From: Octopus bimaculoides
Lineage: Eukaryota
Direction: 5' to 3'
DNA: 51,252 bases
NCBI RefSeq assembly: GCF_001194135.2
Contig: NC_068993.1
Coordinates: forward strand, 11,792,570 to 11,843,821
Shown here: in pieces, positions 48,661-51,252 of the stretch
How the letters are laid out: the number at the start of each line of letters is the position of its first letter
Position numbering within the stretch: the first letter of the stretch is position 1
The notes under the pieces: generated by a model
The model's input: only the letters and a program-made list of their open reading frames with translations
Told to the model about the DNA's origin: nothing
Database searches by the model: none
Made by a program: the position numbers and the translations under genes

Positions 48661-48812
48661 ACGTATCCGTCAACCAAATTCACTCTGCAATCACTAGTTG
48701 ACCCGAGGCAATCGTATATTACCCTTGCCTGAGTTTCACACAGTGGCAATGTGGCCGGAAACTTATGTTTACAAAGCGATCTTTTCACCCACTGAGCCAA
48801 GCCTGTTTCCAT
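48661..48812 (-). mobile_element. Family A SINE 5' half, diverged
   Basis: Reverse complement: ggcttggctcagtgggtgaaaagatcgctttg...gccactgtgtg...ggcaagggt...gcctcgggtcaact...gtgaatttggttgacgga. Confidence 0.6.
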
Positions 48813-51252
48813 ACGTTTGTGTACGTCTTTGTATACGTTCTCTTTCTCCATATGTAATGAATTGCAAAGCTGGAGAATAGTATTGACGTTGCCGTTTGGT
48901 TTAAACCGAATGACAATTTCACATTTCAAAGTAATATTACGTAATAGTGCCTCATTTAATATAGTTAATCACGCTATGATAAATATATGTCACCGTATAG
49001 TAATGTAGTTAACTGAAATAATATTATATACGCGAATACTGTGTATCGCACTATATAATACGAATAATAATAGCGGCACCCTGATCCGTTATTATGGTAT
49101 GTCCAAAGTATATACTCACTGCCAAATAAATATAGACGTCCACCCTAGTCTTATTCATAGTTTTTGCTACGACAAGCATTGTAGAATGACAAGAAAACGT
49201 CATTAGCTCACCAGTCAGTAATGGGATGATTAGTCGTCGAATCATTTACATATCACTGGAACTGACTTGATTTCATTCTTGCCGTATGTATATGCATAAA
49301 AAACACACGCGCACGCACATGCACACGCAAAAACATACACACACTCACAGATGCTCATACGTGAGCATTGTTCATAAAGCACGACAACAAGAATTCAGCG
49401 GAGAGTGTTAGAGGAAATTAAAAGAAAATTTAGAGCAAGGACAAAGTGAAGTAAGAATTATGAATAATGAGACGAGTAACACGAACTGAACAGGAGGAGG
49501 ACTGAAATTAATGCATGAAATGGAGCGAGATAAACGATATAGCTGAATGCAACGAAGAAAGAACGGGAGTTGCTAATCACGAAAGAAGGAAAATTCGAAC
49601 AATGGAGATAAGCAAATATAGTTGTTGAAATTAGAATGGGTTAAAAATAGGAAATGAAAAATACCCCAACAAAACATGATAGAAGAGAATACAAGAAATA
49701 TCAAAGAAAATAATCAAACGATTATAAAGGAAACCGCAGCATATTAACGAGTGGAGTGTTGCACAAAATGTGCGCGTTCAGTGCTAGTAGGTTCGAAGAA
49801 TTTAAAATAAATTATTTGAGACTATGTTAAAAGAAAAAAAAAACGTATATATTTCATCTAACACCGTGTGATATTTCCATAAAAGCAAGATTGAAATGTG
49901 ATTTTCATATTCGCGGTAGCTTATTTTAATTTATTCAAATATCTGGAAATAAATATTATGGCGACCACCAATTTTGATTTGCCAAAATAGATTGCGATGC
50001 AATAATTCTAGGCAACGTTTATCTTGAGCCATATTATCTGAAATGCGCACAGAAATGAATAGGTCGCTATCACTCCCTCCCTTCCAATCTCTAACTAAGT
50101 AAGTATATATANNNNNNNNNNNNNNNNNNNNNNNNNNNNNNNNNNNNNNNNNNNNNNNNNNNNNNNNNNNNNNNNNNNNNNNNNNNNNNNNNNNNNNNNN
50201 NNNNNNNNNNNNNNNNNNNNNNNNNNNNNNNNNNNNNNNNNNNNNNNNNNNNNNNNNNNNNNNNNNNNNNNNNNNNNNNNNNNNNNNNNNNNNNNNNNTA
50301 TATATATATATATATATATGTACAGGTAGCGAGAAATACATGAACATTTATGTACGTAAATGTATTTATATATAAACTTCTGTGTATCAAAATATTTCCT
50401 ATATTTGCTCTGTACAAGAGCTCTGTGTTTGCTCGTATATCACAACCGTTAACAGTACTAAGTACAGTAACAACCAACCTATATTACCAGGAGTCGATAT
50501 GATAATGATTGTCTACGCCGAGCTCTAATTTATACAATTAACTGAATGAGTCATGCAGCTAATTGTACCATCGGCAACTTATATCTATCTATCTATCTAT
50601 CTATCTACCTAACACTCACACACATACACGTACACAAGGTTCAGCTAGAAGAATTTTTTCGAATTTCCATTGATGATTTTGGAAGACTGTATGTACCACC
50701 ATGTTATATATATCATTAGACTGAATACATTTATGCACATGTTTTTTACTCTCATTCATTGTCGAATTATAGGAACACACAGATCATTAGCAACAAGTCA
50801 CACTGACTCTGAGATTAGACATACACAAACTCTATGATATATATATTTATATATATATACAGTTCCTTCGTGAATACGTACGTGGAAATGTCTGTATTCA
50901 GTATGTATGAGGGTCATTTCTGAACGGGAATGACGAAAGTGAGATAAAGCGTGTAGTAATATGGAGAGAAGTATACGAATGTTTGGTAGTACGTAGTTTA
51001 GAATGAAAAGGAAAATATAGGAACTAAAATTGTGAGTAAATGAGTGAGGGGGAGAAAAAAGCGTAAGAGTGACACAAGACGTGACAAAATCATCGCTATA
51101 GTAGGTTTCCTCAATAACGAATAGATTCCCATTTAATCATACAAGGTTAAATTGATTTCACCTATTTGCACATTTCTAGTTTCACATTTTACTCGCCATT
51201 TGTACTGAAGCTCCCTTCCCCGCACACACACATATATATATATATATATATA

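Noticed and set aside
1108-50477. Long ORFs containing X runs (e.g. 15075-16163, 31432-32397, 34750-35646)
   Set aside because: Open only because N gaps translate as X; flanked by microsatellite-derived YI/IY repeats.

Overview
AT-rich, microsatellite-dense animal genomic DNA with 16 N-gaps (about 5.3 kb, most abutting (TA)n or other simple-repeat tracts). The repeat families look like those of an octopod cephalopod (Octopus bimaculoides-like); this is recognition from memory, not a database result. No intact known gene, rRNA, true tRNA or CRISPR array is supportable. The window is dominated by three tRNA-derived SINE families (labelled A, B and C here) and decayed transposons: two RTE-clade LINE 3' fragments, Penelope-like remnants, a TRT/DD37E-like Tc1 transposase and a mariner-derived foldback element. 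Highlights: (1) a 332-bp LINE 3' fragment made almost only of C2H2 zinc fingers, bounded by a perfect 16-bp target-site duplication (43000-43331); (2) a mariner foldback built from two 5' ends joined at a spacer-less 28-bp palindrome (44595-45212); (3) a 272-bp palindromic MITE (42031-42302); (4) a hairpin module shared by two SINE families and coinciding with tail swaps; (5) a low-to-moderate confidence chain of small + strand exons (1.5-4.4 kb) with C-type-lectin-like Cys/Trp spacing.
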